A DNA stretch of 64,000 nucleotides. Source: a virus. The notes beneath the pieces are model-generated. The model had not been told where the DNA came from. It did no database searches and saw only the letters and a program-made list of their open reading frames with translations. The first letter of the stretch is position 1. Each line of letters begins with the position of its first letter. This document shows positions 17,032-25,562 of this stretch, piece after piece. The position numbers and the translations under genes are program-made. The stretch lies in the IMG/VR virus record IMGVR_UViG_3300036806_000429, one strand, 5' to 3'.

Positions 17032-17298
17032 CTATTTGGCTGAATTCGGCGACACGTCGGGAGGTATCACCGTGCCCACGCGCTGGTACGAGCCGATGCG
17101 GTAGGACGGCGGCGACACGCGCGGTGCACAGGCCATGAGGTTCGTTCGCTTGGTGTCTGCCTCGTCCCAGTCCGTGTAGAACGAGGCGCCCTTCACGCCG
17201 AACGATCTGTATGGGCGCCAGGAGATGCCGCCGTCCGTCGAAACCTCGATGACGAACAACACTGACGACTCGGCCACGGTCGACTCTTGCTCAGCCAT
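17032..17298 (-). CDS. hypothetical protein
   Basis: ATG 17298. 8-nt overlap with the upstream gene. Confidence 0.5.
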   Translation of the reverse strand: MAEQESTVAESSVLFVIEVSTDGGISWRPYRSFGVKGASFYTDWDEADTKRTNLMACAPRVSPPSYRIGSYQRVGTVIPPDVSPNSAK

Positions 17299-17647
17299 CG
17301 GTCGGCTCCGCGCTCGGCGGAGACTCCGCCGGCTCGCGCTCGAGTTGAAGGCGTGCGAGCTCTGCCGGAACGTCCACCGCCAACGTGGTGAACAGCCGCT
17401 GCAGATCTGCCTTGGCCACCACTTCGCCCGGCGCGTCCACGTACATCTTGTAGAGCTGCAGTGCGGCGCGGATGGCCGGCGCGCGCTCGTTCGCTAGCGC
17501 CTGGGCGATCCGCTGCATCCGGGCGAGCTCCGCGCGCAACACGTCCATGGTCTGAGAGCTCTTGCCCGTCTCGGTCCATTCGTCGAACACGGGCGCTTGC
17601 CGGCCGTAATTGATGATCACGGCAGCCTGGCGGTACTTTTTGTCCAT
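17291..17647 (-). CDS. hypothetical protein
   Basis: ATG 17647 in a TAATG overlap. The track ORF is over-extended to 17947. Confidence 0.5.
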   Translation of the reverse strand: MDKKYRQAAVIINYGRQAPVFDEWTETGKSSQTMDVLRAELARMQRIAQALANERAPAIRAALQLYKMYVDAPGEVVAKADLQRLFTTLAVDVPAELARLQLEREPAESPPSAEPTDG

Positions 17648-18066
17648 TACTTTCCCTCTTTCTTTGGTTTGGGGCGTGGCGCGGGGTATTGGTCGGCGCG
17701 AACGTACTCCACGGGCACTGAGTTGAAGCCGTCGAAGGTGCCCTGTGGCGTGAGCGTTTCGGTAGGGTCCGTGAGCAGCACGCCGCCGAGCGCGCCCTGG
17801 TACGTGCCGATAAGGACCCAGACGCGCTCGGGCGGCGCCGTCTTCGGATCCAACTGGAACGCCTCGCGCGGGACCTTGGCCACGATGTTGCCGTGCCCGT
17901 CGCTGAGCTTGAACTTGCCCTGGTGGGTTCCGATGACGACGGCCCACTGCCGTTCACGCAGCGTCGCCTGTGTGATACCCTTGTGGCCGGCCTGGTGGAC
18001 GTCACGCAGGAGGCGCACGAGGCGCCCGACGTAGCCGTTGTTGGTCTGGGGTTCGGACTTTGCCAT
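17647..18066 (-). CDS. hypothetical protein
   Basis: ATG 18066 is preceded directly by GGGGTAAGAGGGTTGC. Confidence 0.5.
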   Translation of the reverse strand: MAKSEPQTNNGYVGRLVRLLRDVHQAGHKGITQATLRERQWAVVIGTHQGKFKLSDGHGNIVAKVPREAFQLDPKTAPPERVWVLIGTYQGALGGVLLTDPTETLTPQGTFDGFNSVPVEYVRADQYPAPRPKPKKEGK

Positions 18067-18082
18067 GCAACCCTCTTACCCC
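18067..18082 (-). promoter_or_regulatory. GGGTAAGAG box abutting a start codon
   Basis: The minus strand reads GGGGTAAGAGGGTTGC-ATG. TCAGCC lies 18 nt upstream of TAAGAG. The 14790 copy has TCAGCC 19 nt upstream. Confidence 0.4.
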
Positions 18083-18098
18083 TTAAACCCTTTAAGGG
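18080..18098 (-). terminator. hairpin after the HTH gene
   Basis: cccttaaa-ccc-tttaaggg lies 8 nt after the stop at 18106. Confidence 0.35.
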
Positions 18099-18105
18099 CT
18101 GACGT

Positions 18106-19221
18106 CTAGCGGCCGGGCGCAGGGAACAGGGCTAGCGCCGCCTCGTACCAAGCAGCGCGCTTCTCCGGATCCGCCGGGATGGGCGTTAGCGCTTCGAGCT
18201 TCGGCAGGTAGGCGTGCAGAGCCTCCAGCTGTTTCGCGCCGAGCGCCGGCCTGGAAGCGGCGGCGCGCTCGGATGCCAGCGCTGTCTTCGTGAGGTCGAG
18301 CTCTTGCCTCACGGCCTCCAGGCGCTCCTGCGTCTTGGACAGTATCTCTGCGTTGTTGGCCGACACGATGTCGCTGGCCTTTGCTTCGCCCTCCAACAGA
18401 TTGACCTTTCGCCCGAGCGCCTCCGCAGCCTCGCGCGTTGCGCGGAGCTCGCGCTGCAGCTCGTGCTCGCGCGCGATGTCTTTCAACGGGTCGGCGCCGG
18501 TATCGTCGGCGCCGTCGCGCGCCTCCAGCAACACGTCCAACGAGACGCCGGTCACCTCGCTGAGCTTCAACAGCGCGTCGTCGTCCGGCTTCACGTCGCC
18601 CAGCTCGATCTCGCTGAGCTTCCCGTACGTGACGCCGACATGCGGCGCGAACGTCCTTTGGTCGTGGCGCCGTTTCAAGCGCTCCGCGCGGAAGATGTTG
18701 CCGATGGCTGTCAACTCGTGCGTCTGGCGCGTACGCTTCGCACGGAGCCGTTTGGCTGTCGGCGCCGCGAGCGCCTGCGTGTCGTCCGGCGGGCTGGAAG
18801 ATGGCGCGCCGTCCTTGGGCGGCTCGTCGCCGAACGCGGCCCAAGCCGGTTGGCTGTCCACCTCCGGATCAAGCTCTGGCTCCGCCTCTGCCTTCTTTTC
18901 GGGGAGGTCGAAGCTGACCAGGCCGGAGCCGAGCAACGTCTTGGCTCGGATGGGCGTGGGCTCGTCCACGGGCGCGGGCTTCTTGATGTCGTCCAAGCCG
19001 GTCCCTGGCGGGTAAAGGTCCGTCCAGAAGGCGAAGCTGATGTGCCCGCCCGCGGTGGCCTTCAGCTCAACGCCGCGGCGTTGTGACGAACGGATCTTGC
19101 CATGGATGAGCTTCAGCGTGTTGTTGATGGTCTTGGCGTGGACGACCTCATCGCCGCGGCGGAGCTTCTCTCGCCAGATCTTCAGACCGTTCAAGTCCAT
19201 CTTTTTCTGTTGCGCCATCAT
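18106..19221 (-). CDS. XRE-type helix-turn-helix protein with a long coiled-coil C-terminus
   Basis: The central TFAPHVGVTYGKLSEIELGDVKPDDDALLKLSEVTGVSLDVLL matches the HTH_XRE pattern. 371 aa. Confidence 0.6.
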   Translation of the reverse strand: MMAQQKKMDLNGLKIWREKLRRGDEVVHAKTINNTLKLIHGKIRSSQRRGVELKATAGGHISFAFWTDLYPPGTGLDDIKKPAPVDEPTPIRAKTLLGSGLVSFDLPEKKAEAEPELDPEVDSQPAWAAFGDEPPKDGAPSSSPPDDTQALAAPTAKRLRAKRTRQTHELTAIGNIFRAERLKRRHDQRTFAPHVGVTYGKLSEIELGDVKPDDDALLKLSEVTGVSLDVLLEARDGADDTGADPLKDIAREHELQRELRATREAAEALGRKVNLLEGEAKASDIVSANNAEILSKTQERLEAVRQELDLTKTALASERAAASRPALGAKQLEALHAYLPKLEALTPIPADPEKRAAWYEAALALFPAPGR

Positions 19222-19466
19222 CGCTTCTCCTCCAACGCCTTCAGTTGCGCATCGACCTCTGCTTTGAGCTGGGCCAACTCCTCCAGCTTCGCGCGCCCGA
19301 GCTCCTCGAACATTCCCGCGCTGAGCTGGAGGAGGCTGTGCTGGGCGATGGCGGATGCTCCGGGCTCGCGCGCGCTGCTTAGCGCCGCCAGCAAAAACTC
19401 CGCCCCCTTGATCATCTCGTTCTGGAGCGCGTCGACGTGCTCCGCCGGTACGATCTCGCGGCTCAC
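19218..19466 (-). CDS. hypothetical small helical protein
   Basis: GTG 19466 in a GTGA overlap. ATG at about 19412 is an alternative. Confidence 0.4.
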   Translation of the reverse strand: MSREIVPAEHVDALQNEMIKGAEFLLAALSSAREPGASAIAQHSLLQLSAGMFEELGRAKLEELAQLKAEVDAQLKALEEKR

Positions 19467-19954
19467 GGCTTCACCCCAAGCACGGCTCGGACTTCGCGCG
19501 CCTTGTCGTTCACGCCGCGACGGTACGCGACTGTCAGCGCGTCCTTCAGGCGGATCGCGTCCAGCTCGTCCGTCGCGTGCAGGTCGTCGACTCCGGGCCC
19601 GACGACAGCCCAATATTCCGCGCCGCCCGGCTCCTGCCGCGTGCCGTGGATGAACGTCGCGTGCGCGCCCATCGGCGCGCGTTCGGTCGGCGGCAGCGCG
19701 AGCTCCGCTGAGATGCCGTCGCCGGGCTGGGCCGCCGTCATGCTCTGCTCGCACCCAACCAGCGTCAACAGCCGTGTCGCCTCCTTGTGCGACATGACGG
19801 TCGCGTACGCCGCGTCAGCCACGAAGCTAAGCGTGGGCTGCTGAGCGTCCCGGACGCGCACGAACATCCGCGAGCCTGTCCTGATCACGTAGCGCTCGGC
19901 CCGCGCCTTCGCCAGACTGTCCATCGTGTACTTGGGGTCCAATTCGTTCGGCAT
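19463..19954 (-). CDS. hypothetical protein
   Basis: ATG 19954 with a GGAGAC SD. Confidence 0.5.
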   Translation of the reverse strand: MPNELDPKYTMDSLAKARAERYVIRTGSRMFVRVRDAQQPTLSFVADAAYATVMSHKEATRLLTLVGCEQSMTAAQPGDGISAELALPPTERAPMGAHATFIHGTRQEPGGAEYWAVVGPGVDDLHATDELDAIRLKDALTVAYRRGVNDKAREVRAVLGVKP

Positions 19955-20041
19955 CCTGTGGTCTCCGGTCTACAAATGGTCGTGGGTCGGGTAACTGGGT
20001 TAGGTGGTTCTAGTTGGCGGGTCGTCGGCTGGCTGAACGCC

Positions 20042-20605
20042 CTACTCGCCGACGAGGCAGTACAGGATTTGGGCGAGAGCTGCCGCGAACGTCGGGCGCA
20101 TCTCCTCGTGGAGCAGGCGCTCCTCAATCTGGGCCGCGCTCCCGAGCCGGTCACCCACGAGCCAGTCCTGTGCCCGTTCCACGAGCGTGTTCGTGGTCGT
20201 CGGGGCGAAGCCAGGATTGAAGAGCGCCGGCACGCCGCCGTGGGCCGCGGGGTAGCGCGTGCCCGCCACGAAGCTTTCCATGATGCGTTGAACATCCAGC
20301 AGCCGTGCGCGTTTCGTCGCCCGGTCGTCTGCCCCGCTCCGGTCGTTCAGCTCGTAGGGCTCGCCGAGCTCCGCAGCCGTGGCTTCAACGCCGCGCGAAC
20401 GGAGCTCGAGATTGTAGGCCGTCTCGGTGGCGGCGTCTGCCGCCATCTTCACGGCTGCGGCCTCGTCCACCGAGCGCTCCTCGTGGTGTCGAGAGTAGCG
20501 CAGCTCGCCGGCTCGGGCGCCGTAGGCGCGGCGGAGCTCGGCGCTGAAGCGCAGGTCGAAGTCCAGTGCCACGCGGCGGATTTGGTGCAGGGTTGCTCGG
20601 TCCAT
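20042..20605 (-). CDS. hypothetical protein
   Basis: ATG 20605. GC3-rich. Confidence 0.5.
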   Translation of the reverse strand: MDRATLHQIRRVALDFDLRFSAELRRAYGARAGELRYSRHHEERSVDEAAAVKMAADAATETAYNLELRSRGVEATAAELGEPYELNDRSGADDRATKRARLLDVQRIMESFVAGTRYPAAHGGVPALFNPGFAPTTTNTLVERAQDWLVGDRLGSAAQIEERLLHEEMRPTFAAALAQILYCLVGE

Positions 20606-20618
20606 GGTCTGCTGCCTT

Positions 20619-21140
20619 TCACTTCACTTTGCGACTGGGCCACTGGTTGAACAGCTTGCCCAAGACGGAGACGTTCACGATTTGCTGCGTCCGCCACTTC
20701 TCCTTCGAGCCGTCCGCCTTCGTGACCGTCAGCTCCGAGAAGCCCCAGACGTGGCTGCCTTCGAGGGTGGCCGAGACGTGGGCGCCGACCTTGCTCTCCA
20801 ACTTCCGGATGAACAGCGTGTACTGCTCCGAGGCCATGGTGCCTGCTTCCTTCACGAAGCGTTGGACGGCCTCCTCGCTGCGCTCGTACTTCGGAGTCAT
20901 CGTGGTGCCCGTGTTCGTCACGAGGTGGAGGAGCCGGGCGCGGCGGCTGCTCTGCTCCTGGCGCTCGCGGCGGCCGAGCAGCACGCTCGGGTATTCGTAG
21001 CGCTGCGGGAAGGCCGCGAAGTCCGTCAGTGTGGCTTCCGCGAGCAGGCGCGCTTCCTTCTCGGCGCGCTCGACAGTGGCGGCGCGGAGCGGTTCGACGG
21101 CTGCTGCGATGGCGGTGGGCGTCGTGGTGCTGTTGTGCAT
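20619..21140 (-). CDS. hypothetical protein, first gene of a predicted leaderless operon
   Basis: ATG 21140 lies 6 nt downstream of the TATACC -10 of promoter copy 2. The N-terminus is MHNSTTT. Confidence 0.55.
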   Translation of the reverse strand: MHNSTTTPTAIAAAVEPLRAATVERAEKEARLLAEATLTDFAAFPQRYEYPSVLLGRRERQEQSSRRARLLHLVTNTGTTMTPKYERSEEAVQRFVKEAGTMASEQYTLFIRKLESKVGAHVSATLEGSHVWGFSELTVTKADGSKEKWRTQQIVNVSVLGKLFNQWPSRKVK

Positions 21141-21146
21141 GTCCTA

Positions 21147-21176
21147 GGTATACGGCCTGTGGATGCAGGAGTCGAG
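21147..21176 (-). promoter_or_regulatory. copy 2 of the six-copy promoter element (CTCGAC-N18-TATACC)
   Basis: AAAAAAGTTCTCGAC, then an 18-nt spacer, then TATACC, then 6 nt to the ATG. Confidence 0.5.
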
Positions 21177-22313
21177 AACTTTTTTGGAGATGGCTGATCT
21201 TTTTGCCTATGTGTGGAAGAACATTGGGGGCGGTTCGGTTGTTCTGCTGTGCGTGCGGGCCAGGCAAGGCCACGGCACGGCAAAGTTCCACGAAAACCAC
21301 ACAAGTGGGGGTGGGGAGGCTCCCTTTGCCCATGAATACCCAAGCATCGTACGTACCCACCATCCACAATACCAAAGCGTGGAAGCGCCAGCACAGCAGG
21401 GCGGGGCGGCTCGTGGAAGCACGCTGCTCGGCGATCCGTACGCGCGAGCCCGAGGGTAAGAGAGTAACATTGGATACAAGGGTAAGTAGGTAACAATACG
21501 TCTAGCGTAGGGGCGGACTACAGACTGTTACTCTCTTACCCTATCGTATGTAACCCAGTCACCCTAATAGAGAGTCTTGTAAGCCTCTGTCGGCGCCCTC
21601 TCTTGCTATGGCCTAACCTACTTACCCTGTATGCCAATTGCCTCCCAGGCACACCCACATTGGCGATTACGGATTGTCCACGATTGATAGGGGATTCTCT
21701 ATATGTAACCCTATTACCCTATAGCGTATACGTACGCGCCCCCATACGCTGTAACCCAATTACCCTATTGGCTACCACGATCGCCCATAATATACACAGG
21801 ATTATGGCTGTTGGGTCTGTGTTGTGGAAGCACCGAGCATGGTGGCTGTTGTGTGGTGGAAGTGTGCATCGCACAGCCAGCAGGGTTTCTACAGCGTCAC
21901 GGAGAACATCCCGGAGCCTTCCGCGTTCGCGTTTCCGGGGCGAGCTCGGCCGCTCCGTCACCACCGTTCTAGCCGCGAATTCCTGGGCCTTCCGCTTTCC
22001 TGGGGCAGGGCGGCAGAGTAGTCCTCCGCGCGCGTCTCCGTCCGTCTTCGTTCTACTTCCTAGGTGCTTTCGTAGTTGTGGTGGTATTTCACAGGGTGGG
22101 TGGCTGTGGCAGATCGTGGGCGAAGCGTCTGCTATGGTGGGCTGAAATGGTGGGTTTCGAGGCACAAGCCGTTGGCGAAAAACCCATGTCTCTGAAAATG
22201 GCCATTCCGCGATGGTGGCAAAACAGTCCGTAGCAAGCTCCGCCCGCTAGTGCCAAAGTCTGATGCCTAACTCAGTTACCCAACCTAGTTACCCGCGAAG
22301 GCGGGAAACAGCG
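21177..22313. repeat. non-coding, lower-GC gene desert packed with short repeat families
   Basis: No GC3-biased ORF is present. It holds a perfect 16-bp inverted repeat GGGTAAGAGAGTAACA (21454-21469 / 21526-21541), at least 8 further TTACCC/GGGTAA boxes, 5 plus-strand GTGGAAG boxes and 4 ATGGTGG boxes. Confidence 0.7.
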
Positions 22314-24260
22314 TTAGGTCCAGCGCGGCGTTGCGTCGTAGCCAGCAGGTTTGCTGTGAACTCCGAGGCCGCGTGCTAGCCGGCTCGCTTCGATGGACCG
22401 AACGTCGAGAGCGCGCGCTAGGCTTCCGACTCCGTGACAATTCGGACACAGCGGCGCATCGAGGTGCGTGATCGCGGCATGGTCGCCAAGCGGGCATGGC
22501 ACTAGCTCCACTTTGTACAGGTCCGCCTGCAGGACGCACGCCCGGCTCCGATCGCGATGCGTCTGCCCAGGAACGTCCACCCAAGCGCCCGCTCCGTCCA
22601 GGCTCCGGAACGACACCAGCACGCTCCGCGTCGCGTCGAACAGCAGCTCAGCGATGCCGGGGTGCGCGAGGCCTCCGTGCGTCTCGAGCGCCCTTAGCAG
22701 CGATGGTACCTCGTAGCGTTCGAGTTTTGCGATGCTTCCAGCACGGGCGGGTGGTGGCTCGGGCATGTCGAGCGTGTCCAATGTTGGTCCGCCGGGCCCG
22801 AGCGCGAACACCACCGGCTCACCATCGCGCCCGAACAAGATCGCGCTGTCGACGTGCCCGGACACCGGTGCTATCTCGATATCATCGATGGACGGCGTGT
22901 CGTCCAATGGCTTGCCGATGTCTTCCGGCTTCCGGCCCTTGAAGTACAGCGCGCCGCGCCCGGAGCGTGTCCGGTCGTCCTCGCCGACCGTGATCACGTA
23001 GTGACTCGGCTTCCCGTCGCGCGTGATCACTTTGATCTCGTCGCCGGCTCCGATGGTTATGGTTTTTGGCAACCCTTCCACAAGGCCCAGCTCGCTCATC
23101 AGCCGCGTGTCGGCAACTTCGCGCTCGGCATCTGTGAGGCGCGAGCGAGCCAACAACGGTGGCATTACCTTGCCAGGGTCCATCTCGAGCGCCGCGATCG
23201 TGACGGCGCGCCCGGCCAGCTTCGTCGCCTCCGTCGCCACCATCTCCAGCAGCCTGCTCTTGCCCGCGCGCAGTCCGGGCATCCAGAGGCTGCGCCGCGG
23301 CTTCGCGGGCGGATCGTCGATGAAGCGCGCCTCGTGAATGCTCACCGTTCCGTCCGGCGCCTTCGACATCGTCACGACAGCGCTGCGGTCGCCCTCGCCG
23401 CCCGGGTCGACTCCGAACAACACCGGATGGCCCGCGGCCAAGGCTTCCCGCACGGAGTCCATGCTGGGCGGCTCGCTCGTTTCCACGGGCAGCCCGGTTA
23501 GCATCGCGCCACCGACTGCTGCGCTGCCTTCGATCTTGATCGGGCGCAGCTTCTGGAACGTGATCAGCACGAGCTCGCGCGTGGGGCGGCTCGGGTCGGC
23601 GCCACGGCTGAGCTCCCGGAAGGCGTACGAGTCGCCGGAGGGCGCTACCAGGATCGACTCGCGGCGAAGGCGATGGAGCGTCTCATCCACAGGTAGCGCC
23701 CAGGAGCGCACGATGCGCTGCAAGGCTTCCACGTCCTCCACCGCTAGGCCTTCGCCTTCCACCACGATCAGCGGCTCGCCTGTCAACTTGGGCACTTCGT
23801 CCCAGATCGTGGTGATTCTTGGGAATTCAAACGTGAATGACGGCATCTCTGGGAACGCGCAAGCCGATGGCGCGCCAGGATACACCAGCTTTTCTTCCGT
23901 CGTGGCCTCGTCCCATTTCATCCGGTCCAGCGGCGTAGCCGGCTTCACTTCCACGGTGCTGCGCTTCCCGAGCGCCTTCCACCAGCGTTCGATCTCGTCC
24001 GTCTTCTGAAAGCTCCAATCCTCGCTGGTAGCGCGCAGATTGAGCACCAGCGCGTCTGCCAACGCTGCGGGCGCTAGCGTGACGCCCGCATCCACCAGGT
24101 AGCCGGCCAAGGCCTCCGGCAAGATGCCCAGAACCCCAGAAAGCTTGCGCAGTTGCTCGGTCGCGATGACCTTGTCCAGCGGCTTGTCGGGCCACTCGAG
24201 CTCTGGCGGCGCCTCCTCGTCGGCTTCGCGCGCCGCCTCCCTGAAGGCGTCGAGCTTCAT
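22314..24260 (-). CDS. MKL-leader family protein (648 aa)
   Basis: ATG 24260 gives MKLDAFREAA (the track is over-extended to 24383). C-terminal CPNCHGVG knuckle. Confidence 0.6.
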   Translation of the reverse strand: MKLDAFREAAREADEEAPPELEWPDKPLDKVIATEQLRKLSGVLGILPEALAGYLVDAGVTLAPAALADALVLNLRATSEDWSFQKTDEIERWWKALGKRSTVEVKPATPLDRMKWDEATTEEKLVYPGAPSACAFPEMPSFTFEFPRITTIWDEVPKLTGEPLIVVEGEGLAVEDVEALQRIVRSWALPVDETLHRLRRESILVAPSGDSYAFRELSRGADPSRPTRELVLITFQKLRPIKIEGSAAVGGAMLTGLPVETSEPPSMDSVREALAAGHPVLFGVDPGGEGDRSAVVTMSKAPDGTVSIHEARFIDDPPAKPRRSLWMPGLRAGKSRLLEMVATEATKLAGRAVTIAALEMDPGKVMPPLLARSRLTDAEREVADTRLMSELGLVEGLPKTITIGAGDEIKVITRDGKPSHYVITVGEDDRTRSGRGALYFKGRKPEDIGKPLDDTPSIDDIEIAPVSGHVDSAILFGRDGEPVVFALGPGGPTLDTLDMPEPPPARAGSIAKLERYEVPSLLRALETHGGLAHPGIAELLFDATRSVLVSFRSLDGAGAWVDVPGQTHRDRSRACVLQADLYKVELVPCPLGDHAAITHLDAPLCPNCHGVGSLARALDVRSIEASRLARGLGVHSKPAGYDATPRWT

Positions 24261-24478
24261 CGCTGGTTCCTGGCTTCCAGTCGTCGCAGCGCGGCGCGGC
24301 GCCGGAGCTCGTACGGAACAGCGCGCGCGAAGTTGAAGGCGAAGGCCGCGACGCACGTCCAGAACGTGAAGATGCCGGCCCACCCGGCCAACCAGGTCAG
24401 CAGGCGCGCCGCGTACCAGAGCGCGACGAGCAAGAAGCTACCGGCCAACACGAGCGCGGAGGCGAATGCCGTGAACAT
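24257..24478 (-). CDS. small membrane protein (2 TM)
   Basis: ATG 24478 gives MFTAFASALVLAGSFLLVALWYAARLLTWLAGWAGIFTFWTCVAAFAF. ATGA overlap downstream. Confidence 0.5.
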   Translation of the reverse strand: MFTAFASALVLAGSFLLVALWYAARLLTWLAGWAGIFTFWTCVAAFAFNFARAVPYELRRRAALRRLEARNQR

Positions 24479-24480
24479 GC

Positions 24481-25047
24481 TCACATCCCTTCTTTCAATC
24501 GAACGAGCGCGGGCGGTTGGACGCGGCGGCCGAATCCATTGCACATTACGCACAGATTGGTCTTGCCGCGCACATATTCGTGTTCTTCCTTGCCGGTGCA
24601 GGCCGGACAGTCTTCCAACTCCAGATGGCGATACAACACCTTGGCGTCCGAGCCGACGGGAATGTGCGTCAAGCCACTCTTTACTGCGATGCGCGGCTCC
24701 GGCGGTGGTGGCTCGTCCGGCCTAGGTCGCGTGTGCAAGTCCTCCGTCGCCAAGACCAAGCAATTGCGCTGTTTTGACCAAAGCAGCTGGCCTTCCACCA
24801 TGATCGACGCCAGACCGTCTTTGTTGCCGGCAGCGAGCTGGCGGAGCTCGTCGGCGAGAGATTGGCTCTTGGCCACCACCTTGTGGCTCGGGCTGTGGAT
24901 CGGCAGCGCGGGGTGGCCGAGTTGGACCGGCTGGCCACGGTCGTTGAACACCGTGATCTCCACGTTGTCGATCCGTCGCGGCCGGCCCGTGTTGGGGTTG
25001 ATGTGGTCCGTGCCCCGGAGCCGGGCACGGAACTTGTCCAGCTTCAT
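24481..25047 (-). CDS. MKL-leader family protein with a CxxC / CxxCxGxG pair
   Basis: MKLDKFRARL start. CPACTGK...CVMCNGFG near the C-terminus. Confidence 0.6.
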   Translation of the reverse strand: MKLDKFRARLRGTDHINPNTGRPRRIDNVEITVFNDRGQPVQLGHPALPIHSPSHKVVAKSQSLADELRQLAAGNKDGLASIMVEGQLLWSKQRNCLVLATEDLHTRPRPDEPPPPEPRIAVKSGLTHIPVGSDAKVLYRHLELEDCPACTGKEEHEYVRGKTNLCVMCNGFGRRVQPPALVRLKEGM

Positions 25048-25562
25048 GGCGGCAACCCCTTTTTGAATGGAGCGACGCTCTTGGCTGACAACACCCAGCC
25101 AACGCCATCGCAGCTGTGGCAGATGCCCATGTCCAGGCTGGTTTCAGGACCCGTCAGTCGTCCGTCGCCGCCACAAGTCCGACAGCGGATGTCGTGCTTC
25201 ACGCGATACAGCTCCTCCAAGAGCACTTCACGGCGGATGCGGCGATGCCGGCCGCCGTTTTTCGTCCGCTCCCACCACTCCACCTTCACGGGCCCGAAGG
25301 TCATGCCAGGATCGAACACGTCGATCACCTTCACCAGCTCATTCTCGCTGCGATAGTACAGGTGGCCTTGGACCAGCGACATGCGCCCCTTCAGTTCCAC
25401 TTCCGTGCGCGCGTTCGGCGGCCAATTTGGATCTGGCTCCTCCCAACGGCCCATCAGCTCGTCGGCGAGGCGCCCAGCCGGCACCGTCTCCACCGCCTTG
25501 GGCACAGGCGGCGCGGCCAGAGCCGTCGTCCGGAGCGCGTTGCGGAGCGCGCCGAGCTTCAT
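25044..25562 (-). CDS. MKL-leader family protein with paired CxxCxGxG
   Basis: ATG 25562 gives MKLGALRNAL, in an ATGA overlap. CRTCGGDG...CHSCDGVG. Confidence 0.6.
   Translation of the reverse strand: MKLGALRNALRTTALAAPPVPKAVETVPAGRLADELMGRWEEPDPNWPPNARTEVELKGRMSLVQGHLYYRSENELVKVIDVFDPGMTFGPVKVEWWERTKNGGRHRRIRREVLLEELYRVKHDIRCRTCGGDGRLTGPETSLDMGICHSCDGVGWVLSAKSVAPFKKGLPP

Noticed and set aside
21603-22165. ORFs of 180 aa (plus strand) and 148 aa (minus strand) inside the gene desert
   Set aside because: They have no GC3 bias, no SD or coupled start, and the composition is unlike every other gene here. The region is better explained as non-coding repeats.
21450-22300. Possible CRISPR array, given the many TTACCC/GGGTAA repeats
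   Set aside because: The boxes are only 6-16 bp long, occur in both orientations and are irregularly spaced. There are no 25-40 bp direct repeats with uniform spacers, and no cas genes.
21141-22313. tRNA, tmRNA or other classical RNA gene in the only long intergenic region
   Set aside because: I found no cloverleaf-compatible segment with a GTTCRANYC T-loop. I cannot exclude a novel structured RNA without a covariance search.
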